From the NCBI GenBank assembly GCA_951406725.2, contig OX597814.1, positions 194,742,001-194,806,000 of the forward strand: 64,000 bases of DNA, read 5' to 3'. This stretch comes from Octopus vulgaris (lineage: Eukaryota). Of the stretch, positions 12,442 through 25,576 are shown one piece after another (positions within the stretch are counted from its first letter, which is position 1; each line of letters starts with the position of its first letter). The position numbers and the translations under genes are program-made. The notes beneath the pieces were generated by a model. It saw only the letters and a list, made by a program, of their open reading frames with translations. It did not search any database and was not told where the DNA came from.

Positions 12442-13338
12442 CTGAAAAGTAAATTTATTTTATGATAATAAACAAAATACATAAAAAATAGAAGGCATAT
12501 AAAAAGATACTATTTGACACACACACACACACACACACATATTTTCTTGGCTTAGCTTCTGAATGAAGATTTACAAAGAGGGGTGTCCACATCTGTTGCA
12601 GAATTTCAAATCGAGGCACTAAGGCCTCTTATCTTTCTTCCCTGATCAGGTAACTTGCCTCCCGCAAGCAATCCTAAGTCGGGGCTCCAGAAAGCTGTAT
12701 TGGTCCTTGGGACTGTATTGGTCCTTGGGATAGGAGTCCATCACTCTGAACATATTTTCCATTATAACCTCTGCAATTACCTACTGAGGCCAATCTGGAT
12801 CTTCAGTCCAGGATAGGACCCCCTCTCTCCGACCCTCTAGCTTCTTCACAAAGCTCTGTACAGCCCCTCCCTTATGAAAGATCACAAGTTCCTCCTTCAT
12901 CATAATGGAAGGGGCCACAGTTTCCTCTGTCAGTGGCACAATTCCCACCGACGAGGTTTCAGGACATGCCAGCAGCGTACTACTAACCACCGGCAATGTC
13001 TCATTCTTTTTTTTTCTCCCTTGTGCTACAGGAGGGTGTAGCTCTTCTGCTTTATCCAGAGGATCTTCCCTCCCTTCCGCAGCCTTGGGGTCTGTCAGTG
13101 GGCAACACAAAGAACACTGGTGGTGGTACCACATAAAAAGCATTCAGTCCACTCTGTAAAGTGGTTGATGTTAGCAAGGGCATTCAGCTGTAGAAACCCA
13201 AGCTAAAATAGATTATGGGACCTGGTGTGACTTCTGGCCTTCCCAGCTACAGCCAAACTGTGTAACTCATGCCAGCATGGAAAACGGATGTTAAATGGTG
13301 ATGAGGATGATGACAATGATTAAAAGTGTAATACCAAC

Positions 13339-13502
13339 CTGAATGATGCCATGTTCTTTGTGTGAGGTTCGCTTCCCACCTCGTTACAATGAAGCTGTCA
13401 ACATTTTGGTTACATGGGGAACTGACAATGTTACAGACGTAGTAGGAATAACTGAAGGTTGTTTTGCCAGTAATTATTAATTCAGTACTCCAAACATTAT
13501 AT
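13339..13502 (-). CDS. GPCPD1: GPCPD1-like coding exon 2 (CBM20 C-terminal half)
   Basis: ttttccag acceptor and CAG|gttggt donor; 164 nt, phase 2 to 1. Encodes (G)YNVWSTELIITGKTTFSYSYYVCNIVSSPCNQNVDSFIVTRWEANLTQRTWHHS, matching the W...YRY...IVHKWETHLQPR pattern of GPCPD1. Confidence 0.85.
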
Positions 13503-15548
13503 CTGGAAAACACAAAAGTATTACAAAGTTTGCTAAGTCACAGGGATGTAAACAACCCAACAATGGTTGTCAAACGGTGGTCAAACACAAAGACACACAC
13601 AAACATCTCTCTCTTTACACTTTTACTTGTTTCAGTCATTTGACTGCAGCCATGCTGGAGCACAGCCTTTTAGTAGAGCAAATCGACCCCAGGACTTATT
13701 CTTTGGAAGCCTAGTACTTATTCTATCGGTCCCTTTTGCCAAAGTGCTAAGTTACAGGGATGTAAACACACCAGCATCGGTTGTCAAGCGATGTTGGGGA
13801 GACAAACATAGACACACAAACATATACACACATATACATTTATATATATATACATATATACGACGGGCTTCTTTCAGTTTCCTATTTCTTTATTGCCCAC
13901 AAGGGGCTAAACATAGAGAGGACAAACAAGGACAGACAAAGGGATTAAGTCGATTACATTGACCCCAGTGCGTAACTGGTACTTAATTTATTGACCCCGA
14001 AAGGATGAAAGGCAAATTCAACCTTGGTGGAATTTGAACTCAGAATGTAACGGCAGAGGATATACCACTAAGCATTTCGACTGGCATGCTAATGTTTCTG
14101 GCAGCTCGCTGCCTCAGGCTTCTTTCAGTTTTCATCTACCAAATTCACTCACAAGTCTTTAGTCGGCCCGAGGCTATAGCAGAAGACACTTGCCCAAGGT
14201 GCCACGCAGTGGGAATGAACCCGGAACCATGTGGTTGGTAAGCAAGCTACTAACCACACAGCCACTCCAACGCCTATATATAGAATGGACTTCTAGGAGT
14301 TTCCATCAACCAAATCTACTCACAAGGCTTTGGTCAGCCCGAAGCTATCGTAGAAGACACTTGCCCAAGGTGCCACGCAGTGGAACTGAACCCAGACCCA
14401 CACAGCTGTACTGACACCTGTAATATGTGTAGTTAAGGTGGTGAGCTGGCAGAAATGCTAGCACGCTGCGCAAAATGCTTAGTGGTATTTCGTCTGCCAT
14501 AATGTTCTGAGTTCAATTCCACTGAGGTCAACTTTGCCTTTCATCCTTTTGGGGTTGATAAATTAAGTACCATTTACACACTGGGGTCGATGTAATCGAC
14601 TTAATTCGTTTGTCTGTCCTTGTTTGTCCTCTCTGTGTTTAACCCCTTGTGGGTAGTAAAGAAATAGGTATTTCATCCACCATTATGTTCTGATTTTAAT
14701 TCTGCTGAGATCAACTTTGCCTTTCATCCTTTTAGGGTTGATAAATTAAGTACTAGTTGTGTATTGGAGTCAACCTAATTAACTGGCTCCCCCCACAAAA
14801 ATTTTGGGTCATGTGCCTAGAGTAGAAAAAAATATGTGTAGTAAAATATTTGATGAAAAGAAACATTGCTCTTTTTCCTTTTTTGTGGAAATTCCTAACA
14901 TATTTCTTTATTAATTAATTTATTTGATGTTAATGAAAGATTGTACCCCATCTTCATTTCAGCATTATCTGAATGCCACATAGTCCCTAGACTCAAGCTG
15001 TCTAACAACAGAAATGACAAATAGTCTCTCTTATCTTTTTAATTGTTTCAGATACTGGATTTTGGCCATGCTGGAGCAATACCTTAAAGGCTTTACTTGA
15101 ACCATAATTTGGTCCTTCTACTATCAGTCCCTTTTGCCAAACCATGCTGTTATGGGGACTGGTTGCCAAGCAATAGTGAGGGAACAAATGCAAAGACAAA
15201 CATAGTCACACACATATACATGGAGGGCTTCCTCACAGTTTCCATCTACCAAATTCATTCACAAAGCATTGCCCAGCCCAGTGCTATAGTAGAAGACACT
15301 TGCCCAAAGTACCACAACCCAAAACCAAGTGGTTGCAAAACAAGCTTCTTCACCATACAGCCATGTGTTATAATGTTTTGGAACTTAGCTGCTTGCATCA
15401 TAACAAAGTAAGAAGCTTGCTTCCCAATCACATGGTTCTGGGTTCAGTTCTACTGTGTGGCACTTAGGGCAAGTGTCTTCTACTATAGCCTTGGGCTGAC
15501 CAAAACCTTGTGAGTGGATTTGGTAGATGGAAACTGAAAGAAGCCCGT

Positions 15549-15585
<37 letters not shown>

Positions 15586-16728
15586 ATCTGTGTGTGTGTG
15601 TGTGTGTCTTTGTGTCTATGTCTGTCCCCTGCCACCGCTTGAGGACCAGTGTTGGTGTTGTTGTGTCCCTGTAACTTAGCAGTTTGGCCAAAGAGAACGA
15701 TAGAATAAGCACCAGGCTTAAAAAATAAGTACTGGGGTCGATTCATTCAACTAAAAAGAAAATTCAAGGTGGTGCCCCAGCATGGCCACAGTCTAATGAC
15801 TGAAACAGGTAAAAGATAAAAGATAATACATTTAATAATAGACATAATAATAGAATTGTAACATAATCAATGCAGTGAATAGAATAGATTAACTGTGTGA
15901 TTGAACAGTTGTAGGGATTGATAGCAGGGTAAGCTGTGACTACTATTTTTATTTCTGAAGGTGACAACAGAATTTTGAAACTACTGAATTAAAAGATTTA
16001 TAATTGTAGACTTGTATATCATTTATGAAGGTAAAATATGAAATATCAGTGAACAAGATCACAGCAAATAAACTGGTCACCCTTTTAGTCATTGGTTGAT
16101 GGTATTGCAGAGAATAGAGTGGTGAGCTGGCAGAATCGTTAGCATATCAGGCGAAATGCTTAGCCGTATTTCGTCTGCCGCTACGTTCTGAGTTCAAATT
16201 CCGCTGAGGTCGACTTTGCCTTTCATCCTTTCGGGGTCGATTAAATAAGTACCAGTTACGCACTGGGGTCGATGTAATCGACTTAATACTTATGTCTGTC
16301 CTTGTTTGTCCCCTCTATGTTTAGCCCCTTGTGGGTAATAAAGAAATAGAAATAGGAATTGCAGAGACAGTAACTTAACCCCCTCCACTGTTCCTGGATT
16401 GTTTTCAGAAACAAGTGCCTAACTCCAAGTACACTTGGCCCTCTTCCATTCATGGATACGCTATGAAGGAAAGACATGTCAATACACTCACAGCTTCAAT
16501 GAAGTAGCAGGGGATGCCAGATATTGGTTAAATGTAATGCCCACCCATGCCAACATGGAAGGTGGATGTTAAATGATGATGATTTACCTTAGGGTCCCTA
16601 CCACCAGATTTTCTGTAGCATTTCCTAAATGTTTGCTAAATTATCCCATAAGACAGTACAGGTAAACAAAAATCCATAAAGTGAAATTAAACAACGAGGA
16701 ATGTTTGGTAACCAATTTCAAAACTTAC

Positions 16729-16889
16729 CCCTCATGGTTTGGTGATGGTGCCTTTGGATGAAGAATGATGCCTTTGTTATGGTCCCAGTTGCCTAGTTCT
16801 TCAATACTTCCTGTTAAGCATACATGTTCGTCAGGTTGAGTTGTTAAACTCACCTCAAAGGTGAAATGGCGAGTTGTTTTGCAGCTCAT
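16729..16889 (-). CDS. GPCPD1: GPCPD1/GDE5-like phosphodiesterase, first coding exon (start of CBM20 domain)
   Basis: ATG at 16889. Translates MSCKTTRHFTFEVSLTTQPDEHVCLTGSIEELGNWDHNKGIILHPKAPSPNHE, with the CBM20-type GS..ELGNW motif. Acceptor tttacaag at 16915-16916 and donor GG|gtaag (phase 2). Family assignment is from remembered similarity to the human GPCPD1 N-terminus (VFAICGSCDALGNW). Confidence 0.85.
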
Positions 16890-19159
16890 CTTGGTTCAGA
16901 CTGTCAACTGTTCACTTGTAAATGAAAAGAAGTCAAGTAATTTAACCTCAGGTGAAAAGAAGTAGACAGGTATTTTACAATGTTAATTTTGAGGGAGCTA
17001 AAATACTAAACTATAAAGATAAGAAAATAAAATGCCTTGTAAGATTAAACAGTCTTAGTTTTTTCAGCAGTAAGACAGATGCTACACATACGGCTACTTT
17101 CTAATCAGTGATTATCTGTTTTTGTTTTTGCTTATCAGTTATATTATCTATGTAAATAGGTTATATCGTTAGGAGAAAACAATCATTAAAATAATTATCA
17201 ATACGATAAACTATGTTCAGTTATGAAAAGACTATCTCCAGTCCCCAGGCCTATTAACCCTTTCGTTATCAACTTGGCTGAAACCAGCTCTGGCTCTGAG
17301 TACAAATGTCTTGTTTACATAAGTTTTGAATTAAAATTTTCCATCAAACCTTAGTCACAATTTATCTTCCTAACACAAGTTTAACGATGACTAAGTTATT
17401 TTACTAAATTCTTTGTTATATTTAAAATTAATTGAAAGAAACACAGAACATCTCAATAGAAATATGGTAACAAAAGGGTTAACAAATGATTAATTTAACC
17501 CTTTTGATACCAACCAAGCTGAAACTGGCTCTGGCTCTGAGTACAAATGTCTTGTTTTCATAAGTTTGGTATTAAAATCTTCCCCCAAACCTTAGTCACA
17601 ATTTATGTTCCTAACACCAGCTTAATGATAACTAAGTTATTTTACTAAATTCTTTGTTATATTTAAAGTAATTGAAAGAAACACAGAGCATCTCAGTGCA
17701 TAATTGCTACTTATTTAATTGACCCCGAAAGGTTGAAAGGCAAAGTTGACCTTGGCAGAATTTGAACTCAGAACGTAGCAGCAGACGAAATACCTATTTC
17801 TTTACTACCCACAAGGGGCTAAACACAGAGAGGACAAACAAGGACAGACACACGGATTAAGTCGATTATATCGATCCCAGTGCATAACTGGTACTTATTT
17901 AATCGACCCCGAAAGGATGAAAGGCAAAGTCAACCTCGGCGGAATTTGAACTCAGAACGTAATGGCAGACGAAATACCGTTACGCATTTTGCCTGGCATG
18001 CTAACGTTTCTGCTAGCTCGCCACCTTCTTTCAGTTTCTGTCAACCAAATCAACTCACAGGGCTTTGGTCAGCTTGGGACTGAAACCAAATTGCCATTAG
18101 TATTGGTTTAGATGAAAAAAAATTGTTTTGTCAATTGATATTTGTTCAAATACATATCTGAATATACAGGGTGCAACAGAAAGGTTGCATCGATTTCAAA
18201 GCTTAATAAAATCCAACACATGAAGATCATCATCATCGTTTAATGTCCGTTTTCCGTGCTAGCACGGGTTGGATGGTTCGACCGGGGTCTGGAAAGCCAG
18301 GGGGCTGCACCAGGCTCCAGTCTGATCTGGCAGTGTTTCTACAGCTGGATGCCCTTCCTAACGCCAACCACTCCGAGAGTGTAGTGGGTGCTTTTTACAT
18401 GCCACCAGCACAGGGGCCAGAGGAGGCTGGCAACGGCCACAATCGGTTGGTGCTTTTCACATGCCACCGGCACAGAAGCCAGTCAAGATGCATGAAAAAA
18501 CTTTGTATTTCTATGAAGTTCATTAAATACCATTTTTGTTTTCTGTTTCAGTTACTACCCACCATGGCCTAGAGTAAAGAGTACCGTTTTCCCTTGTATC
18601 TTCATGTGTTTGTTTTTTTATTAACTTTGAAACTGGGGCAATTTTTCTGTAGTTCAGTCAGTATAATATAGGTTAATAGAACATTAGTTACTATATATAG
18701 CATAAGAATTTTTAATTAGAAATACATGAATAGTGAGGGAAAGACATTAGACTAAATGACTAATGTTATTTTAATATAATTCCAATCAATAATGTGAGGT
18801 AGCTTCAAGAGTAAAACACCTGTATACATCCTTCTATGATACTTTAGTTTCTCAACACCAGACATAAAGCCACCTACTGTGACATTATTCATTTGAGGGT
18901 GAGTAGCTTCTTTGCTTTGCAATTTAATTGGTGACCTTGCTGGTGCCAATGTCATGGGAAAAAAACCCCAAAAAAACCAGAACATCCTGTAAAGTGGTTG
19001 GCATTAATTAGGATGAGTATCCAGCCACTGAAACTATGCTAAAGCAGACGTTGCTGTTCAATGCAGAGTTCTACCTTGTTGGATCCTGTTGAACGATCTA
19101 ACCCATACCAGGAAGACTTTAACCCTTCAACATTCAGATTATTCAGTTAAATCGATGAC

Positions 19160-19689
19160 TGGCATCCATGCTAGCAGGGTGCAAAGAGCACCATACGAGC
19201 GAGATCATTGACAGAGCGGCTAACCGGCTTCTGTGCCAGTGGCACTTAAAAGGCACCATTCAAGTGTGATCGTTACCAGCGTCACCTTACTGGCACACTC
19301 AGGCCACGTGCTTGTAGGGTATTAAGAGCACCATCCGAGCGTGATCGTTGCCAGAGCGGCTATCTGGCCTCCGTGCTGGTTGCACATAAAAGACACCATT
19401 CGAGCGTGATTGTTACCAGCATCGCCTTACTGGCACCTGTGCCGGTGGCATGTGTAATAAATTCGAGCGGGGTCGTTGCTAGTAGCGCCTGACTGGCCCT
19501 GTGCCGGTGGCACATAAAAGCACCCACTACACTCTCGGAGTGGTTGATGTTAGGAAGGGCATCCAGCTGTAGAAACTCTGTCAGATCAAGATTGAAGCCT
19601 GGTGCAGCCATCTGGTTCACCAGCCCTCAGTCATTCGTCCAACCCATGCTAGCATGGAAAGCGGACATTAAACAATGATGATGATGATG
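19160..19689 (+). mobile_element. SINE-like family C with internal about 60-bp repeats and (ATG)n tail; other copies at about 10823-11016, 18225-18486, 22336-22650, 41910-42088, 56601-56917 and 59519-60119
   Basis: Shared GTGGTTGGCGTTAGGAAGGGCATCCAGCTGTAGAAAC core and CCAACCCATGCTAGCATGGAAAGCGGACGTTAAACGATGATG 3' end. Confidence 0.8.
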
Positions 19690-20280
19690 TATGCTTATTA
19701 ATTAACATTGTTTTGAATTGATTACACATTATCTCGTAGCTTCAAGATCAATGACGTGATTGTTTATTTTTAAAATGACATTGTAGGGTAGGTGTGAGAG
19801 GACAGATCTCACCAGTTTGAAGATAAAAAAGATCAAATATTTTGGCCAGATATGGCTGGCTTAAATGTTAAAGGGCTAAATGATGATGATGATGATGAAA
19901 AATTCCAGACATGTTTTGGTCTTATTGAATTTCCTTGCTAAAATAATATCATTAAACTCATGTTATCTTTCCCTTATCATGCAGTTGTTTTTAATTAGAC
20001 TTTTCATGCTCATTAACTTAGCAATTGTTTTTCTTGCATGGCATCTCTGAGTAATTAACCATAGTAATTTATTTTCATAAAATGTATCTAAATGTGCGTT
20101 TACATTCCCCATAACTTAGCAGTTTGGCAAAAGAGACCAATAGAATAAGGACTAGGCTTAAGAAGCCCTGGGGTCGATTTGTTCGACTAAATCCCTTCAA
20201 GATAGTGCTCCAGCATGACCGCAGTCAAATGACTGAAACAAGTAAAAGAATAAAAGAATAGTTTTGCCTTTTTAATTATT

Positions 20281-20645
20281 ACTAGCACTATGACCCGGTG
20301 TTGCCGGGTCATAGTGCTAGTGCATGCATATACAGCTGCGTGTGTGCGCACATACATGCGAGTACTGTCCAAATCTCCGACCAATCACATACAGGTAGCT
20401 GGCATTCAATTGGCGTATCAAGTTTCGGGCATTTTGATTGGGTTTTGGATAGAAAATTCACAAAAAAGTCACTTCTATTGGTTTTTCAATGGCTTTGCGG
20501 GGTGACTGGGGAAATGTAAAGATGTGCACGACCACCCTTGGACGGTTTTGAATGACCATAGAAAGTGCGAGCCCTCTAACTGAAAAATTGTGGATTTGTA
20601 TAAAGGGCATGCACACACACATTTTGCCGTTTATATATATAGAGA
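20281..20645 (-). mobile_element. Non-autonomous Helitron-like element with long terminal hairpin
   Basis: On the minus strand it starts TCTCTATATATA and ends CTAGT, with a perfect 18-bp stem at 20281-20321. Confidence 0.6.
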
Positions 20646-20863
20646 TTATTTTTATTTTGGCCAGGCTCCAATCTGAGCCTTTTCAATGTTTTTTTTTTTT
20701 TTTAACTAATTCTATCTTTTTTAGCTGAACTTCTTGTTCTTTAGACATGCTACAACCATTTTAAGGACAAATATAAGTTTTCTTTAAAAACTTCAGATAT
20801 AATTTTTATATAACTAAAACAAAAAAAAAAAAAACAGAGGAAAAAAAAAAGCAAACTTCTTAC

Positions 20864-21038
20864 CTGGGTACACCTTTCTCTCTGGAGATATCGATTCATG
20901 CATAGCAGATATGATGTGTAGAAAATGGAAGTATGTGTATGTACTATCAGGTTAATAATGTGTGAACATGGTTGTGGTAACAGCCTGGTGGATATATATA
21001 TGGGGAATGTTCAACGTGTGGTCTCAATAGTTATTTAC
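20864..21038 (-). other. Probable non-coding 5'UTR exon of the GPCPD1-like gene
   Basis: Strong acceptor ttttcttttcacag and donor CAG|gtaag, 175 nt, unique non-repeat sequence. It has no frame continuous with the main ATG and contains three upstream ATGs. Confidence 0.6.
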
Positions 21039-21127
21039 CTGTGAAAAGAAAATCTTGTTATTAAGACAATTTTGAAACTATTTTCAGTAAGTATAATAGT
21101 AATTTAATAGATGTAAAAATATCTGTT

Positions 21128-21424
21128 GAGATGCAGCACAAATTTTTGTCAGTGAACAGGTTACGGTCTTAAAGCGACGAAAATATTTTGACAAATTTAA
21201 CTTAAATGTTGAAAAAGGATGCAGCATGGATTTTTTGTCAGTGAACAGATCGCAGTCTTAAAGCGATGAAAATATTTTTGACAAATTAAACTTAAATGTT
21301 GAAGTGAATCGAACGGCTTTTGTGTGTTTCTTGAATGGCTTACAAACACCTTCCACGCTGCAATTGTTTTCGTTTCAGCACACGATCTCAGATCAAATCA
21401 CTTGCTATGCAAGTACATCTCCAT
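21128..21424. mobile_element. About 300-bp retroposed insert with an internal direct repeat and 12-bp TSD
   Basis: AAAATATCTGTT at 21116-21127 and 21425-21436. The segment ATGCAGCA...AAATGTTGAA occurs twice inside. Confidence 0.6.
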
Positions 21425-21439
21425 AAAATATCTGTTAAA

Positions 21440-22030
21440 TGTGGGAAAAAAATACTTGGTAAATAACTGGTATGTTAAGGTCCTGTAACTAGGGATTACA
21501 CCTTCCTGAATAACCTGATTAACCATATGGGTGACTAGACTGTGTCCAACTCTACCAGATATCTTAAGTATCTAGTAGTGATTCCTGATGGACCAGGGGC
21601 CTTTCCTGTCCTCCTATCTTTAATTGCCTTATCTATCATACTGATGTCAACTAGGATAGCTGTTCCCTCTGTTGGGTTCACACGAGGAAGACTCCCTTTC
21701 TCTCATTCATTCTCTGCATTTAATAACCTTTCATAGCAGTTCTTACACACCACTTTCTTTTCAGGATCACAAAGAGCAAGTGTACCATTATCTGTTCATA
21801 CACACATCTCTCCCACATCTTGATTCTCTCTTACATACTGTCTGGAAATCTGCAACACCTCCAGTCTCTGATCTTCACACTGCAAGACAGTGGCAAACTT
21901 CTTCCTCTCTGCTTCTGCCCTAGCTACATATACCTGACACCTAGCATCTTTTTTAGCTATGTGATATTATTCTTTGCTATCCTCATCTTCCAGTCTTTCC
22001 AAGCCTGTCTCTTCCCAGATGATAGAAAGG
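21440..22030 (-). mobile_element. Degenerate RTE-type LINE fragment
   Basis: Colinear with 31240-31780 (e.g. GGATAGCTG..CCCTCTGTTGGGT and CTTTCCAAGCCTGTC), with many stops. Confidence 0.7.
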
Positions 22031-23005
22031 TTCTATTTTCTAGTCTACTTCTTGAAATTGTAGACTTACTAAGTTTACTTTAAGACTGTTGAATTTCAGA
22101 TTTTGCTTCCATGTCTAGAAGTTTGCCAAATCTTCAACAGCTTTTGCTATAAGATCTACATTAGCAGCACACAGAAGATTCCTTACACAGCTGATCTTAA
22201 ATTCCTCTATTACGACCTGGAGGACTATGAATAAGCAAAGGTTTGAGAACTATATTTTAGTAGATCCCCACTTGCATTTCAATTTATCACTGAACTCATT
22301 GCTAACTGCACCTCTGTATACAGGGCTTGTACAACCATCATCATCATCATCGTTTAATGTCCGTTTTCAATGCTAGCATGGGTTGGACGGTTCGACTGGG
22401 GTCTGGGAAGCCAGGAGGCTGCACCAGGCTCCAGTCTGATCTGGCAGTATTTCTACAGCTGGATGCCCTTCCTAACGCCAACCACTCTGTGAGTGTAGTG
22501 GGTGCTTTTTACGTGCCAGATGAGGCTGGCAAACGGCCTCGATCGGTTGGTGCTTTTACATGTTACCGACACAGATGCCAGTCAGGCGACGTTGGCAACT
22601 GCCATGTTCGGATGGTGCTTTTTACATGTCACTGGCACAGGTATCTTAACTACAATTTCCCCTCACAAAATATTCATCTAGCCCTAGCATCCTGTATGAC
22701 CACGATCAGAGGTGTACAGTACTATTCCACCACCATATCACCTCCAGACTGGTTGCTATCTTGCACCAGCTACAGATCTCGTGTCAGTAGCATTCAACAG
22801 GTTGTCTCAAAGAAACACCCAGTTATTTGGTCATGTGTCAACTAGAACTGTGGGTCTGCAAACCGCTAAGCTCTTTCTGCTTTCATATTTTCCTTTTCCA
22901 AACTGCTTTGTATCTCTGGGTCTCTCTCGTTCTTCCCTGAAGTCGTTAACTACTCTCCTGTATAGAGTGCTATTCTTCACCAGGGAAAGATTTAGCATTC
23001 AGAAC

Positions 23006-23535
23006 TACCATAAATCCTCGAGTATAGTTCGCCCTTGCGTATAATACGCAGGGGATTTTTACGAGGCTGTACCGCTGAAAAACCTAAACCTTGTGTATAA
23101 TACGCACCCCTTCTCTAACTCGAATCGTGTGTAATTAAGCCAGCAGCACCTATTCAAACAAACACTTCTATATTGTGTAAAACAATAATGGCGATGTTCT
23201 TAGCTGTTGTATGGGAATGTAAATATATTTGCAAATTGTTTTTGTTACATGTTATTCTGTGTTCTGAATACTTTTATTTTAATAAATGTTGCTTACTGCA
23301 AGTTATGGATGATTCTTTTATGACTTCATTGCTTTCAGGCTTAGCTTAAGGTATTTTCGCGCCCAACCTCACAAAATGCGTCTGAATAAACATTGCCAGA
23401 CAGCAAATAGAGACTCAGACATTGCTTAGAAAATATTTCTCATTTTTAACCTCGTATATAGTACGCACTAAAGATTTTGACCTTTAAATTTTTTTTGGGG
23501 TGGGGGATGCGGATTATACTCGAGGATTTACGGTA
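23006..23535. mobile_element. Tc1/pogo-type MITE
   Basis: TIRs TACCATAAATCCTCGAGTATA and TATACTCGAGGATTTACGGTA with TA termini. Confidence 0.8.
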
Positions 23536-23859
23536 TCTGTCTATCTTGTTTCCTGGTGAGTTACAAAGTCTAACTAGATTGTGTGTTCGTCTGTTTGACA
23601 GATAATTAGGTGGTTGGCTAATTTCCGGTAGTTAGTGTTATAAAAGGTCAGATCATTTGCATCACAGAATTCCAGGAGCCTTGTTCTTTCCTTATCACTT
23701 CATTCATTATACCATAAAGTTGTTAGTGTAACGGCAGAGGCGCCTTCCTAGTATTGTTCAACACATCCATACGTTCATTCAAGCCACAGCCATAATAATC
23801 GAGTTAAGGAAGTAGTGTGTGTGTGTGTGTGTGTGTGTGCGTGCGTGCGTGTGTGTGTG

Positions 23860-23913
<54 letters not shown>

Positions 23914-25186
23914 CTGTAAAAATTTTACATGCCTATTTTTTCTGATGAAATATTTAATCCGTTTTGAGATTGAAAAGACCCTTTGCTCTTATTGCCTAAT
24001 TACCAACATATTCTCTTGCTTAACAGTTCATTTACTTTGACAGAAAATGTACTTTAGATTTGCACACAAACGTACACGTAACCAACATAAACTGGTAACC
24101 ATACTACCACCATCAGTACAACAACCACCGCCACCACCACCACTATTACTACTATTGCTAGTGTGTAAACAACTTCGTCACTTTAACCTCTACTAATACC
24201 ATCAACACAATTGCTCCAAACACCAATTGCTATTTCACCAGCTTATATCAAATGACCTATTAGTTATCTCCAGGTCAGCCAAAAATCCTGCAGACCTAAG
24301 GTCAAATATATTCTAGGCACGATTGACCATCCCCACTTTTTTTCTTTAAAGAATTATTGCATCTGAGTTTACTATTGTCCAATGTGTTCTATTCGTCGTT
24401 GAATTGACTGGTGATATATTTCTAGGAAACTGAGAAAATCTTGGTCAAACGGATCTTTATATTCTCGAGAACGACGTGATTATGTAACTCTCTCTCTCTT
24501 TCCTAACTTAAGCCAAAAACTTAAACGACCAGAGACGAAAATAGACCGTTTTCCAGCCCCACCAGGCATACCATATTTAGGACATTATATAATGTAACCT
24601 TTTTTTAAAGAGAGAAACCCCGTAGTGTATGATATGAGGGCAAGATTCAGCTAGTATTTCTAGCTGAAGTAGATCGACCTCAAAGTGATTTCCTTATTCC
24701 TCTCGTCACATGATTTTGTTTTGATAACAAGGTTATTTACCCTCCTTCAACATAAACAAGCATAAAATATCTGTTTTCCCATTAATGCGCGCGTGTGTGT
24801 GTGCGGGGGGAGGGGCTGTATACGTTTGTTTGTGTGCTTAGCAACAGTATTTACAAACAAAGCCTGCTTATTATTAACCACTTACGCAGAAAATTATGTT
24901 ACATCGCATTCTTTCAAGTACTCCCAAAGGTCCTAATCATGTTGATAAGGATGGAATGTTCACCCCCATTCTATATATAACAAAATATCCTATCTGTCAG
25001 TGGACCATGATCATAGCCTCTGGATTAAATCTATAAAAGAATGTGTATGTGTATACAGAATTGTAAAAATTACTGTGACAATATGTTGGTCGGTAAAGTA
25101 GTTCAGTCTTAGGTCTAACCTGTTAGACCTGAGCTATAATCAATATGCTGGCAAATCAAAATAATGGCATTCCGTTTTATCTCTCT

Positions 25187-25576
25187 CTCTATATAAAGCT
25201 GAAGTTGTCAGTGTATGGCAGGTTTGGTAGCCTTCAACTAACACTATCTCCTCCGAGACCCTGCGGCGCAAGTTGACCAAAATTGAGAGTATGATACAAG
25301 AAGGCTTGCTCTTACTTCCGTAGAAGAAAAAATTCAAATCGGACCATGTTAACACCAAAAATTATTTACATCAAAAAGGTGCTTTTTTTCTATGAAAATT
25401 CCTATTTTTTACGGTTTTTTTTTTACTGCTGTGTCGCCGTTTTTCGGTGTATTTCAACCAGAAAAATGTTCACTTAAAGAGGATAAGAAGCTACATAATG
25501 CAAAATTTTTACTTTTTAAAAATTCCAATTCTAAAGGGTCGAAACAAACCCGAGCAACGCCGGGCGATACTGCTAG
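25187..25576 (+). mobile_element. Non-autonomous Helitron-like element
   Basis: 5' TCTATATATAAA; 3' hairpin CCCGAGCAACGCCGGG followed by CTAG|T. Confidence 0.65.

Noticed and set aside
12781-13159. 120-aa and 84-aa ORFs between exons 2 and 3
   Set aside because: No recognisable motif or compatible splice sites, and exons 2 and 3 already join in phase.
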